From: Octopus sinensis
Lineage: Eukaryota
Reading direction: 5' to 3'
Assembly: GCF_006345805.1 (NCBI RefSeq)
Contig: NC_043001.1
Coordinates: 37,882,001 to 37,946,000 of the forward strand
DNA: 64,000 nt
Below the pieces are notes generated by a model. It saw only the letters and a program-made list of their open reading frames with translations. It had not been told where the DNA came from and made no database searches. Shown here one piece after another: positions 1 to 13,632 of the stretch. The translations under genes were made by a program, and so were the position numbers. How positions within the stretch are numbered: the stretch's first letter is position 1; each line of letters starts with the position of its first letter.

Positions 1-34
1 ATGAATTATTATTATTATTATTATTATTATTATT

Positions 35-710
35 GAGTGAGAGAGCAGTTCATGCCATCAAAGTGACACTGGGGTAAAATATACGAAGCCCAATATACCC
101 ATCATGACTACCCGTCTGATAAAGGTACACCAGGCACATGCATCACAACCATATGTGCGCGACATGGTGATCTCATATTAAGATAAACAGCACATGACCT
201 TGCAGGTGGGGCCCAGTTAGAATTTTCTTCAGGTTGAGTAGCCCATCCCGCTCAAACGGTCCCTGAATAAGGGTTGTTTAAGGATGTTGAAAGAACCACC
301 CATGTTTCCAGAGGTGAACTATTCAAACCCCAAAGAATCCCTCTCAACACATGGCTATGATGCTCCCCCACTACTTCTGCTCGTGATCAGAAGGGTTGTT
401 TAAGGATGTTGAAAGAACCACCCATGTTTCCAGAGGTGAACTATTCAAACCCCAAAGAATCCCTCTCAACACATGGCTATGATGCTCCCCCACTACTTCT
501 GCTCGTGATCAGAGATGCACATATCGTCAGCCACTAAGGGACATGCTCAACTGGTTAAGGTCAAACAACTGACAAGCAAATCTGTGGTATTGAGCAGAAT
601 ATTTGCTGTAGCCCATCTTTTATACCAAGACAAAACAATGTACATGATAACACTTCCAATCAGTTAAGATCAGAAGCCATGAGAGCCACTGCCTGGTACT
701 GCATCAGGGC

Positions 711-711
<1 letters not shown>
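35..711 (-). mobile_element. Unclassified non-coding retroposon inserted in an (ATT)n tract
   Basis: Complex sequence bounded by (ATT)n at 5-34 and ~712-757. Internal 122-bp tandem duplication at 269-390/391-512. Confidence 0.55.
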
Positions 712-743
<32 letters not shown>

Positions 744-1669
744 CATTATTATTATTAGATGTATTATATTATTCATCTCTCATGATAAAAGGCAGATTTT
801 CTCTGCCTGTGACTATGTTTCTTTTTAATACAATTGTACAATATAGAATTTCTTCAATTGGAATTTACCTATGATTTTCGAAGTAGATTCGATTGGGTCA
901 TGGCATATACATTTTTTTTCAATTTCACCCCCAATTAAGCAAAAATTCGAGAAAACTCAATATTTTACGATTTGCCTCTCTCATTTCAAATGCTTTACTC
1001 CTGCTATTACCACACTTTCTCCTACTTTCTCTTTGCAAGTGTATACCACTATCATATCCTCTTTCTGCAACTCTTATTCAACATCACACATTCTGCTACT
1101 TTCTCTTATTAATGCTTAAACCAATCCTCAAAAAAAAAAAAAAGGAAACAGAGAAAAAAATAAATACATAACGATTTACTCCTCACACACACACACACAT
1201 AGACACGCAAACATATACATCGACTTTCACTTTGCAAACCACTCATCAAAAAAAAAGATCAAACAGGAAACAGAAAAAAATAAATACATAACGATTTACT
1301 CCTCACACACACACATAGACACCCAAACATATACATATATGACAGTGACAAACACAAACGTTTTAAACAACTACATACAAACACTCGCTAACTTTTGGTA
1401 GTATTCATTGGCGAGCGTACTTCAGTTGTCAATTGTTGAAAGAAAGAAATTGTAAGCTAAGAAGGTGTGTGTGTGTATGTGTGCGTGCGTGTGTATGTGT
1501 GTGTGAGTTTGTGTGTGTGTGTGTGTGTGTGAGTGTGTGTGTGTGTGTGTAGGAAGTGAAGGATAAAAATATGGCAAGAAGTGGACAGATGTAATACATC
1601 CATACATACATCCATACATAGATACATGTGTGTGTGTGTGTATGTATGTGTATTAATGTGTGTGTATTA

Positions 1670-2056
1670 TCTCTCTCTATATAAAGCTGAAGTTGTCTGT
1701 GTGCGGCAGGTTTGGTAGCCTTCAACTAACACTATCTCCTCCGAGACCCTGCGGCGCAAGTTGACCAAAATTGAGAGTATGATAGAAGGATTGCTCTTCC
1801 TTCCGTAGAAGAAAAAAAATTCAAATCGGACCATGTTAACACCAAAAATTATTTACATCTAAAAGGTGCTTTTTTCTATGAAAATCCCTATGTTTTACGA
1901 TTTTTTCACTGCTGTGTCGCCACTTTTCGGTGTATTTCAACCAGAAAAATGTTCACTTGAAGAGAACAAGCTACATAATGCAAAATTTTTACTTTTCAAA
2001 AATTCCAATTCCAGCGGGTCGAAACAAACCCAAGCAACGCCGGGCGATACTGCTAG
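1670..2056 (+). mobile_element. Non-autonomous Helitron-like element
   Basis: A|TC...TATATAAAGCTGAAG 5' end, imperfect GC hairpin CCCAAGCAACGCCGGG near the 3' end, then CTAG|T. Confidence 0.7.
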
Positions 2057-2464
2057 TATTAGATAAAATGCAAACAGAGGTATGAGAAAGTTATAAGAAG
2101 AGTAATATTGTAATTTTGAAAATGAGAATATCTGAAATAAATTTAACTGCTCTCACCAATGAGAATATTAAAAATGAACCCAACCACTCCAGAAAAAGAC
2201 TTCATTTTCATCACTGTATAAATACTTCATCTATGACTAGATTTCTCCCATTGATAAGGGCCTTTCATACTTAAGTACATTTGATGAAGTAGATGCTTGT
2301 ACATCAGTTGATGATGTCCACAATTCTCAAAAGAAACATTAATTTGTGATGCCTGCAGTTTAAGGGTTAAACACTTTTTCTAAACATCATTAGAAAAAGA
2401 AAATGAAAACTCTTTATCAAATAATATTATCAATTTCTATACTATTTGAGACACTTGAGATAAA

Positions 2465-2751
2465 TTAGATAAAAAAATATCAATTTCTTAAGGTAAAAAG
2501 AAAACCATTAGAGTAGTTTCTGAGAAATTGTATAAGGATTACAAATGTTGAACTTTAGAAAGGGAACCATCCCAATAGTTACATTTTGATCAATAGGGAA
2601 TATAACTTAGATAAAAAAAATATCAATCTCTTAAGGTAAAAAGAAAATCATTACAGTAGTTTCTGAGAAATTGTATTAGGATTACAAATGTTGAACTTTA
2701 GAAAGGGAACCATCCCAATAGTTACATTTTGATCAATAGGGAATAGAACTT
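2465..2751. repeat. Tandem duplication of ~142 bp
   Basis: Two near-identical units starting at 2465 and 2607. Confidence 0.9.
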
Positions 2752-2888
2752 AATGAACTCTTTCTACAAACAAAACAATAAGATTTAAGATAAATGATCA
2801 AAAAGCTCATAATTATACAAATGCATGATAAACATAAAGTTGCATATTTATTATAAATGAAGGAAGAGTGGTGGTTGTGACATTCATT

Positions 2889-2930
<42 letters not shown>

Positions 2931-3007
2931 ATAATGTAAGTAAAAGTGAAACCAACTGGGGATAGAAATCAGATTGGTTAATGTAACTATGCCTCTCTTT
3001 CTCTTTA

Positions 3008-3408
3008 TCTCTTTTACTTGTTTCATTCATTTGACTGCAGCCATGCTGGAGCACCACCTTTAATCGAGCAACTCGACCCTGGGGCTTATTCTTTGTAAGC
3101 CCAGTACTTATTCTATTGGTCTCTTTTGCCGAACCACTAAGTTACGGGGACATAAACACACCAGCATCGGTTGTCAAGCAATGCTAGGGGGACAAACACA
3201 GACACACAAACACACATGCACATATATATATATACATATATACGACGGGCTTCTTTCAGTTTCCGTCTACCAAATCCACTCACAAGGCTTTGGTCAGCCC
3301 GACGCTATAGTAGAAGACATTTGCTCAAGGTGCCACGCAATGGGACTGAACCCGGAACCATGTGGTTGGTAAGCAAGCTACTTACCACACAGCCACTCCT
3401 GCGCCTAT
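3008..3408 (-). mobile_element. tRNA-derived SINE family A (CORE-like). Other copies at 6540-7140(-), 8955-9135(+), 41050-41220(+), 62945-63320(-).
   Basis: Head with A-box (TGGCTGTGTGGT) and B-box (GGTTCAGTCCC) on the minus strand, ACCTTGAGCAAATGTC core-like block, multiple copies in the window. Confidence 0.85.
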
Positions 3409-3579
3409 GCCTCCCTGATCATGTCGCCTTTCTCACCCCCTACCACATATCTGAGTAACAGATTCAAGTTCAACACCATCCTCTGTTTTTCTCAAGACAA
3501 AGAAGTATAGATCCTGAAATATAGAAATATAATGTAAAATGCAAGCTGTCATTTTGTCTTCATTATTTATTATTCTAAA

Positions 3580-3975
3580 GGTGGTGAGCCGGCAGAAACA
3601 TTAGCACGCCCGGCGAAATGCTTTGCGGTATTTCGTCTGCCGCTATGTTCTGAGTTCAAATTCCGCCGAGGTCAACTTTGCCTTTCATCCTTTCGGAGTC
3701 GATTAAATAAATATCCAGTTATGAACTGGGGTCGATATAATCGACTTAATCCATTTGTCTGTCCTTGTTTGTCCTCTCTGAGTTTAGCCCCTTGTGGGTA
3801 GTAAAGAAATAGGTATTTCATCTGTCACTACGTTCTGAGTTCAAATTCTGCTGAGGTCAACTTTGCCTTTCACCTTTCAGGGTCAATAAATTAAGTATGA
3901 GTGAAATACTGGGGGTCGATGTAATTGAATAGTCCCTGCCCCACAATTTCAGGCCTTGTGCCTATATTAGAAAGG
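3580..3975 (+). mobile_element. tRNA-derived SINE family B (full copy plus partial). Other copies at 11294-11432(-), 36950-37170(-).
   Basis: GAGTTCAAATTCC B-box and GCCTTTCATCCTTTCGGxGTCGAT central block (Meta/Nin-domain-like from memory), repeated in the window. Confidence 0.8.
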
Positions 3976-4894
3976 CTTATTTATTATTTTTTGCTTATAT
4001 TTCATTCCACATTGTACTGAGTTTTGAACAATTTCAATTTAAATTTTTACTTCATCTGATAGGGATGGTTCATAAAATATAGATATGGGTTCTGGGATTT
4101 TTGAAAAATGGCATAATGTCTGCTGCACCAAAATAAAAACAGGAAGTTGTCTTAGCCACCTAAAGGCAAACAATCACCTAGAGGACCTGGAGTAACTTAA
4201 CAGCTCTTATTGGCAGAAATATAGAGAAAGTAATTCTAAATACCAAGACCTCATTGATGTAACAAGACTGAAATAATATTAAATTTAGATGATGATTTCT
4301 TATTAATGATATATTGTCTTGTATACTTGATGGCAGAGATTTAATCTAAACGGTGTATATGCATATCTCAAAAGCTCTTACTCTTTCTTCAGTATCACAT
4401 CCAACCATTTAACCATCCATGAACACATTATTTAAATAGCTACCAAATATAGCCATGTAGCTTAACAGCATATACCAATTTTACATGATAAACACATTCA
4501 TGGCAATTGGTATATACATATTAATTGCTGGTAGGGACACCATATTTCATTAAACAACCATACTATACTATCAAAATATGCACATAAACATACATGTATA
4601 TATATATGTGTGCGTATATATATATATATGTATGTCTTAAAAGATATTGATACATTTTGATAATGTTATATTTGTCAATTTTCATACTATAAAACACAAG
4701 CACTGTTACTTCTTTACTTCCTTTTTAGTCCAATTATTGATATCATCAGTCTTTTATTACCCTTCTATGACCAATCCACAGATTTCTGTAATGCATAATT
4801 CAGTTCTTGGAAGATGCAAACCTTATATATGATTGTTGTATTTTCTGCCAGTTACGTTTTTATAACATTATCTTCTTTTTTTTCTTATGTTTTT

Positions 4895-5659
4895 ATTAGT
4901 AGACCCAGCATCTACTTATTCCCTCCACAACATTAATCTCAAAAAGTCTTCTTGTGAACGTGACCTGGGCATTATTGTCGACAGCGATTTGCGTTGGACA
5001 AAACACATTGCTAAAATTGCCAAGAAGGCTGAGGGTGTCTTGGCATCACTTACCAAGTCCTTTGTGAGCCGCTCTCCGGCTATCTATCTGAGGCTTTATA
5101 TAGCTGTGGTGCAACCTCACCTGGAATTTGCATCACCGGTCTGGAACCCCTATCTTGGCCAGGATATTAATCGTCTGGAAAGGGTTCAGCGACGTGCAAC
5201 CAAGAGAATATGGCATTTGCCATATTCTGAATGCCTTACTTCCCTGGGCATGGATACATTGAAACTCCAATGTCTGGCAACTGACTTGGCAGACATCCAT
5301 AAAATTATTAACCATCTTACTAACAATAACTCTGAGCACCTTTTCAAACTCCCCTTGTCTAACACCTGTGGACATGTTTACAAAGTCAAAAAACAGCACG
5401 GCTTCCATGACTTTCGGAAACAATTTTTCACATTAAGAGTTGCTGAAGTATGGAACAAACTGCTGGCATCAGTTGTTAGTTGTTGGAGCACTGCATCCAT
5501 GTTTCCTGAGATTCGCCAACACTACACCTGATTTTCTCCCCTCCATACACACGCAAGCATGTATCTGACTCATACACTGTTCACTTCCCAGACATTTGTA
5601 CATTATTGCATATGCTTTATATGCACTTTTGATAAGTTGTGAGCACTGTATACAATAAT

Positions 5660-5691
<32 letters not shown>

Positions 5692-5695
5692 ATTA
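4895..5695 (+). mobile_element. 5'-truncated CR1-clade LINE (RT C-terminus, 3'UTR, ATT tail)
   Basis: ERDLGIIVD...PHLEFASPVWNPY...LERVQRRATK...FTLRVAEVWNKL. Confidence 0.9.
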
Positions 5696-6392
5696 TCTCA
5701 TTTTTCTTCTTTATTTTTTTAAGTTACCTTCATTCTCATTTGAATGTGAATATCTGATTGCTGTTGTTTTATGTTGTTGGAGACCCTCTCATCTTTTCAG
5801 TGATTGTATATTCATTACACACACAATTCACTGGTGTAAGGGGACTTTGAGACGTTGCAGTGTTCCAACCTTATTGTGTGTCTCCCTACTCAAAGTCAGC
5901 CCACTAAACTGACAAATCTAACAAGAGTACAAGCTCTTGTTCATAAAAATCAATAAACAATTATCTGCTGATGCATGCTAAACCAATAATTCATAAGGTG
6001 TAAGTAGAACAGTAAACATCCAAACATAACAAGACTGTCTTAAAGTCATCTCTACAGATATACTATACAAATCACAGTCAGCACTGATTTTCAGATGCAA
6101 ATATGTCTATGTAAACAATGCTACTGAAGATAGAGAAATAGGTAACGGGTGTATATGCATATCTCAAAAGCTCTTGCTCTTTCTTCAGTATCACATCCAA
6201 CCATTTAACCATCCATGAACACATTATTTAAATAGCTACCAAATATAGCCATGTAGCTTAACAGCATATACCAATTTTACATAATAAACACATTCATGGC
6301 AATTGGTATATACATATTAATTGCTAGTAGGGACACCGTATTTCATTAAACAACCATACTATACTATCAAAATATGCACTTAATCATACATG

Positions 6393-6427
<35 letters not shown>

Positions 6428-7139
6428 ATTATATATATATATAGATAGATATGCACACACATGCAAAGATAAATTGATAGATACAACTGAGTGGGCAAAC
6501 AAAACTATGAGACACAGCCTAGTAATTTTTTTATGTTGATAAGCCTGGTACTTATTCTATCAGTTTCTTCTTGTCAAACCAGTAAGTTATGGGGATGTAA
6601 ATAAACAGACAGCAGTTGTGAAGTGGTGATGAGGGCAAAACACTGAGACAAATACACACACATACACTTACATATATATACATACGTATATATGATTGAT
6701 TTCTTTCAGTTTCTGCCTGCGAAATCCATATATATATGTGTGTGTGTGTGTGTACACAAAGAGATAAATTGATAAATACAACTGAGTGGACAAACAAAAA
6801 TATGAGACACTGCCTTGTGCTTTTTTTTATTTTGATATGCCTGGTACTTATTCTATCAGTTTCTTCTTGTCAAACCAGTAAGTTATGGGGATATAAATAA
6901 ACGAACACCAGTTGTGAAGCAGTGATGAGGGAGAAACAGGAAGACACACACATAGATTTACATATATACATAACATATATATACAATTGAATTCTTTCAG
7001 TTTCTGTCTACAAAATCCACTGACAAGGCTTTGGTTGGTCAGAGGCTATAGCAGAAGACACATGCCAAGTTACCACACAGTAGGACTGAACCCAGGACCA
7101 TGTGTTTTGGAACCAAGTTTGTTACCACACAGCCACACC

Positions 7140-7380
7140 TGCACCTCTGTATGTGTGTGTGTATGTGTGTATGGATGTATATATGTATGCATGTATATAT
7201 GTGTATATATATATGTGTACATATTACATGTACATCTATATATATATATATACATCTACAGCTATACATATACATGTATACATATGCATCTATATATATA
7301 TATACATCCATATATATTCATGTATATATATATAAATACATCTATATATATACATGTATATATATACATATATATATACA

Positions 7381-7448
<68 letters not shown>

Positions 7449-7456
7449 TATATATA
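7140..7456. repeat. Compound (AT)/(GT) microsatellite. Similar tracts at 1465-1660, 8210-8450, 8766-8930, 19762-19820, 31880-32005, 43735-43825, 52260-52710, 55075-55170.
   Basis: Visible simple repeats; source of many spurious ORFs in the track. Confidence 0.95.
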
Positions 7457-7664
7457 CCGGAGTAAACACATAAATGTGAAACACGGTGGAAAAAAAGAGT
7501 ACTCAAATACCAGTGGTAGAGTAATATGCTTTATTTAAAGCAGCAGAAAATTCAACAAAACCTGTTACTCTGAGTTTCCCGTTGCCGTTCGTCGGACAGT
7601 TTTTGCTAGCAACGTGAAACTCAGAGTAACAGGTTTTGTTGAATTTTCTGCTGCTTTAAATAAA

Positions 7665-7667
<3 letters not shown>
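7457..7667. mobile_element. Penelope-like terminal fragment in inverted (fold-back) form
   Basis: 57-bp arms at 7529-7585/7609-7665 with 1 mismatch. Shares sequence with 32715-32825 next to a Penelope RT fragment. Confidence 0.75.
7562..7599 (-). ncRNA. Minimal type I hammerhead ribozyme-like motif
   Basis: CTGT-CCGACGA-ACG GCAA CGG-GAAA-CTCAGAG-TA-ACAG: stem I, core, GNRA-capped stem II, palindromic stem III, GUA triplet. Confidence 0.65.
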
Positions 7668-7719
<52 letters not shown>

Positions 7720-7932
7720 TATATTAAATTACAGATAAAACCACTATTAGGCAAATTATACAATGAAAAACTTACATAAGATTAATTAATTTATATTATT
7801 TTAAATATATATCAAAATTATTAAAAAGAAGATCTGCTATGGTCTTACCTTTCCTTTGTTAGTGGTAAGACCATTGCGGATCTTCTTCTAGCATAATGGA
7901 TTTCCACTTACAGGTCATCCCTTCTTATATAA

Positions 7933-8255
7933 TAGTTTCACTTTAATAGTTTCAGTATTAAAGTGAAAGCATGTGACATTACAATAGAGAGAAGTTATTG
8001 TTTCACTTTTGACGCGTAATACTGAAATAGTGGAGAAGATATGATATTGCTGTGGGTTCACACTAGGCAAGAAGTTAACAATTTTTTTTTACCTATGACA
8101 CTACATGGAGCCTAAGTAAGGCATGTGTAAAATTTGAATGAAATTGGTTGTGTAGTTCTCAAGTTTTAGGGATTCACACAGACAGACAGCCAGACACATA
8201 TTCTCATCTTTATATATATATATGTGTGTGTATGTATATATATATATATATATTA

Positions 8256-8303
<48 letters not shown>

Positions 8304-8304
8304 C

Positions 8305-8347
<43 letters not shown>

Positions 8348-8379
8348 TATATATACATACATAATATATATATATATAT

Positions 8380-8410
<31 letters not shown>

Positions 8411-8763
8411 CATACATAATATATATATATCTATATTATATACATGTATGTATGTATGCCTGTATATATGTGAGATAATAGTTTCACATTAATAGTTTCA
8501 GTATTAAAGTGAAAGCATCTGACATTACAACATTACAATAGAGAGATGTTTTTTGTTTCACTTTTGACACGTAATACTGAAATAGTGGAGAAGATATGAT
8601 ATTGCTGTGGGCTCGCCCTAGGCAAGAAGTTAAAATATTTTTTTGCCCATGACACCACATGGACCCTAATTAAGGCATGTGTAAAATTTGAATGAAACTG
8701 GTTGTCTAGTTCTCAAGTTTTAGGGATTCACACAGACACAGACAGACAGACGCACATTCTCAT

Positions 8764-8770
<7 letters not shown>
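7933..8770 (-). mobile_element. Two tandem copies of a Helitron/DINE-like non-autonomous element separated by (AT)n
   Basis: ~290-bp duplicates at 7933-8222 and 8478-8770. Minus-strand head TATATAAAGATGAGAAT...GTCTGTCTG. Confidence 0.5.
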
Positions 8771-8800
<30 letters not shown>

Positions 8801-8863
8801 TATATACATACATACATACATACATACATAAATACATACATACATGCATATATACATACATAT

Positions 8864-8932
<69 letters not shown>

Positions 8933-9155
8933 ATGTTTATGTGTTTGTGTTTCTACCACCAGCATCGCTTGACAACTGATGTTGGTTGGTCATGTCCCCA
9001 TAACTTAGCAGTTTGGCAAAAGAGACTGATAGAATAAGTACTTGGCTTACAAAGAATAAGTCCTGGGGTCGATTTGTTTGACTAAAGGTGGTGCTCCAGC
9101 ATGGCTGCAGTCAAATGACTGAAACAAGTAAAAAATGAATGCACATCATCTAAAG

Positions 9156-9479
9156 TAGGGGTCAGCGAGCTGAAGTGAATTACCCCAAGTAGGGTAAAAA
9201 TGAAATTCTTGGAGGTAATAAGGACTCGTTAGACATAAGTAAAATTATATAAAAAAAAACATGTTCTTTGTTACGACAGAAAACTTTCTTCTGGCAACAT
9301 TGTATCTGTCTAATGTAATGGACACAAATAGATTCATATAAATAGATTCAATAAAACAGATTCAATAAACCTTTTGGATTCAAAGAATCTATGATCTTCT
9401 TCCTTTCAAATCAAGGGGGGTAACGTCAGCATAAATAAATATATTTGGGGTAATTGGTTAAAAAGTTCCCCAACCCCTG
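9156..9479. mobile_element. hAT-type MITE
   Basis: TAGGGGT.../...ACCCCTG termini with a perfect 8-bp TSD ATCTAAAG (9148-9155, 9480-9487). Confidence 0.85.
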
Positions 9480-10465
9480 ATCTAAAGGGAGGAGATATTC
9501 TCCAATGACAAAGAAAAAACAACAGCATTCAGGTTATTGTGTTTGAATCTGCTGGAACATATTAAGAATGAATAAATACTTTATTGTTTGGATTCTTGCT
9601 GTTTCACATGCAATTCATGAATAATTTTCTTTTTGGCAAACATCAGCAAATAATTTGTTTGCTGATTTCTATAATCAAGAGCCTTCACCTTTGCTAGTTT
9701 CATTGGTCAGTTGGAGTAGCTATGACTAAGGAGGCACACAATGAAGTCGAAACTTTGCTGTATCTAAAAGTCCCCTTATACCTGTGAGCCATCTGTGATT
9801 GGAACACATGCTGTCTAAAGGAAGATATTCTCCAATGGTGAAAAACGGCAGCAATTAAATATTACCATTCAAATCTGCCAGAATGCATTAAGAATGGATA
9901 GATACATTACTGTTTGGTTTCTTACTGTTGTGTGTTCACCTCATGAATTATTTTCTTTCTTCTCATCTCAGAGTATAAATTAGACCCATTTCTTTACAGA
10001 TACATTAATTTCATCAAATCATGAGGAATGTGTGAAAGGCTAGATTGATAACATCATTTGAACTCAGAACTATTTTTTTCTTTGTCTCTAAATAAACTAA
10101 TTCTCCAGTCATTTTGAATTGACTTTAGCATGTGTAACAATGTTAACCCATAGTACTAAAGAAATAAATTTTAATATTGAGGACAATGTCTTTTGTGAAT
10201 GATAAGAAAAAAGAATAGCTTTATATATTTACATAGCGGATACTCATGTCTGCACCCTGTTATCCTCTTCAGATCATTGACTTTTGAACTCCTACTACTA
10301 TACTTTGATAATAACATTTCCACTCCTATTACTGCAACTGCTACCACAACCACCACCACTACCGCCACCATTATCACTGAATACTACAACAAATCCAAAC
10401 AATTTTACAAGTACCTATCTAAAATAACAACAACAACAACAAAAGCAACAACAATAATAATAATG

Positions 10466-12120
10466 ATTTCTTTTATTGATCACAAGGGCCCATAGCATGG
10501 AGGACAAACCTGCTTTGACTCCTTTACCATGCTGTATCACAAAGGTCACCACTAATCATGGGTCTACATCATATCCAGTATCTTTTATTGTAAATTTTGT
10601 AATTCTTTGACCCATATACAGAGGCGCCAACATATAGCCTGATAATTTCATCCCATGTTTTGATTCTGTTATCAGATTTAAAGGTGCAGCAAATGGTTGT
10701 GTAGAGGATATTTAGACCATTTCATCTTATTGTAGATATATAATTTTTTTTTCTTATTATAGACAGAGATATAAATCCTCCACCCTAATTACCTCTTGTG
10801 GAAAAGAAATGCTATTGGGTTTAACAAAATTTTCCTATCTGCATTTGTTCTGTAATTGTGATTGGTTAAAAAATCCTGTTTAGTCATTTAGCATCAAAAG
10901 AAAGTTTGTTTTCAAATAGCACCTATATAAATGGGCAATAGTGTTTGGAATTGTTTAAGAGTTGTTATTGCTCTTGTTGTTGTAAGTATTGTCTCTGTCT
11001 TCCAAATTACATATTTGTGCATTTGGAACATTTTCTTTTAAATGTCCACTAAACTGCTCAATTTGTTCTTCATCTTGGACATTTAGTTGTGTTTAATTTT
11101 CCACAATGTTATTTTAGCCATTGTGGTACTCTGTCATATAGAATATGTGTGATAGTCATCTGTGTGCAAATAGAACTTTAAATGTATGTGAAACAAATCT
11201 CTTTTTTTTTTATGTACACTTAGGTATTAGGGGAAGCCTCTTTTTAGACAATTATATTCTTTTTATAAGTATTTCAATGAAATATTTATAAAATGGTACT
11301 TGATTTATTGACCACAAAAGGATGAAAGGCAAAGCTGACCTCGGCAAAATTTGAACTCAGAACATAGCAATGGGCAAAATACCACTAAGCATTTTATCTA
11401 GTATGCTAACAATTCTGCCAGCTCACCGCCCTGGTGGTGACAATAATAGCGGTAATTGTTTTATAATAATGGTTTATTAACTGCAAGGGTTGACAAAAGT
11501 ATCTAGATTGATACAAGACAATGCAGAGTGAAATTACATGAAAATGTGTAAACAAGAGAAATGACAATACAAAAATAGATTAAAAAAATTAAACAATGGT
11601 AAATTCTCCAAAAGGCAGGGACACTTTGAATGACCACAAAAACCATGGTCATCTTGATTACAGCTGTGAGTGCTCTCTCCAGACTATTTTCTAGTTTACA
11701 GGCACATGCTCAGAGCGCATCTGCTCATCTGGGCCATGCTCACACCTCCCAGCAACCTGCCAACAAATATGCTAGCAAATGACAATTTCATCTGTATCCT
11801 CATTTTCCTTTTTAAATGAAACTTCAAAAGTTGATGGCTAAGTCAAATTGGAATGTGTCTCTTCAACCCTTTCAGTCTTGTCTATCAGTAAACCTCTTTT
11901 ACCAAAGCTGCCAGATAGATTTTGAATGACAGCAACTGTTTGACATAGCTCCACAAGTCAGCAATGCTTGAGCACTGGACAAGTTCATGCTGAACAGTTT
12001 TGTTGTCCTGTGCACATCTCCATCAAAAGTCCTGTTTCTAAAATGTCAGATAATTTTTTTCTTCGCTGCAGTCAAACTTATTGATATCTACAAACTTCCA
12101 TGGATTTTATTGCCACTGTT
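10466..12120 (-). mobile_element. Highly decayed L1/Tx1-like LINE remnants
   Basis: Minus-strand traces LVQCSSIADLWS and FHLKRKMRI; 3' tail similar to that at ~18360. Confidence 0.35.
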
Positions 12121-13537
12121 GTTAACATAGCCCCACACTAGATTCATGGGATTCTAGATTTCACTCATGAAACTAAAAACTAACTATACATTAAACACTT
12201 TAAGCAGATTTTAAAGATTAACTAATCACTCATGTCTAACTAAACACAAGATACTAAACATTCAGCAGACACAAGATATTAACTCTATCTAAACGTAAGT
12301 TAATACATTTTAGATGGTCATGGTGAAGCATGGTGAAACCATCTAATAACAACTCTGTTCAGAAGGCTGGAATAATGCATATTATGTGCCAGTTGGAAAG
12401 AGAGAGAGACACAACTGAGTAGAATGTTTGAGAGAAGATTTATTGATAGGTTAACATGTGTGTCCATGTGTGCATCATCATCATCATCATCGTTTAACGT
12501 CCGTTTTCCGCGCTACAGAATAATAGATAGGCCATCATGAGAACAAAGTGTGTATAGGGATGAATGTATATGTGTGCTACACAATAGAATAACAATGAAG
12601 GAGGAAGTGAAAGAGTGTATAATAAGAAGTTAGATGAATGTTCAGACACAAGAATGAGAGATACTGCTTCATAGTCAATTGTACATGGCAGTTGAAATTC
12701 TCTATCAAGAAGTTGTGGCTGTAATACTGCCTGGGTCACTTGTACAGGAGTTCTCACAGATTGTATATTCTCTGTTAACTATGGTGAAATAATTCACAAA
12801 CAGTACTATGTTAGAACCTGAGCAGTCTTACTGGTTGAGTTGTGTACACAGAGATGTTGTTGTCATCATTGAGAAGAAGATGGCTCACAGGTTATATTTG
12901 CTGTTAAACCATGGTGAAGTAATTCATGAACAGTGCTGTGCTGAAACCTTAGAATCTGGCATTGTCACTAGAACTGGCTGTGTCTTGTGTGGTCAGTGGC
13001 TAGACCTTAGAAGGTCTGGAACCAAAGACCTCAAGAGGAGGAGAAGTTAAGTTTTTATAATGAACATTAGGCTCAATGGGGGTAGAGAAAAGGCTGTCTC
13101 ATATGATTTATTTAGGGGCTCCAGTTGGTTATACACTGCATATTGGCATGACAGAATAAGAGACAAATTGCACCAATACCAACCAGTTAGATCAGTGGAC
13201 ACAACAGTATCCAAATTGTTGCCAAATGTTAGCTGTTATCTGTTACGTTTGAATGTATGTGTATATATTAAAAGGGAGAAGAATTTCACTCGAGTATACG
13301 CTACAACATCAATAATCATTACAACAATAATACCAATTTCCTATGTTAACACATGGCTACAAACTTCTTGAAGTAGGATACACTTGAATGGATTGACCAC
13401 AGTGAACACTTTGTTTTTAATTCAGTGATTTTCCATTTAGTGAGAATGAATTTAAAATGAAACCTCAATAAACTAAATAATGTAAGCATGAGTTTCAAAC
13501 ATAGGCATGGCTCTGTGGTTAATAAGTTTGTTTTGCA

Positions 13538-13568
<31 letters not shown>

Positions 13569-13632
13569 GGGAGTATATCCAAACTTACAGGGAAAAATTA
13601 GATTTAGAATTAAATCAAATTTCACAGTATAA

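Noticed and set aside
6987-8965. Many YI/HT/CV-repeat ORFs here and at ~1420-1725, 29317-29765, 31111-32049, 33450-33835, 35337-35736, 52120-53700
   Set aside because: Translations of microsatellites
12494-13371. Several 80-100 aa ORFs
   Set aside because: No recognisable motifs or consistent splice structure
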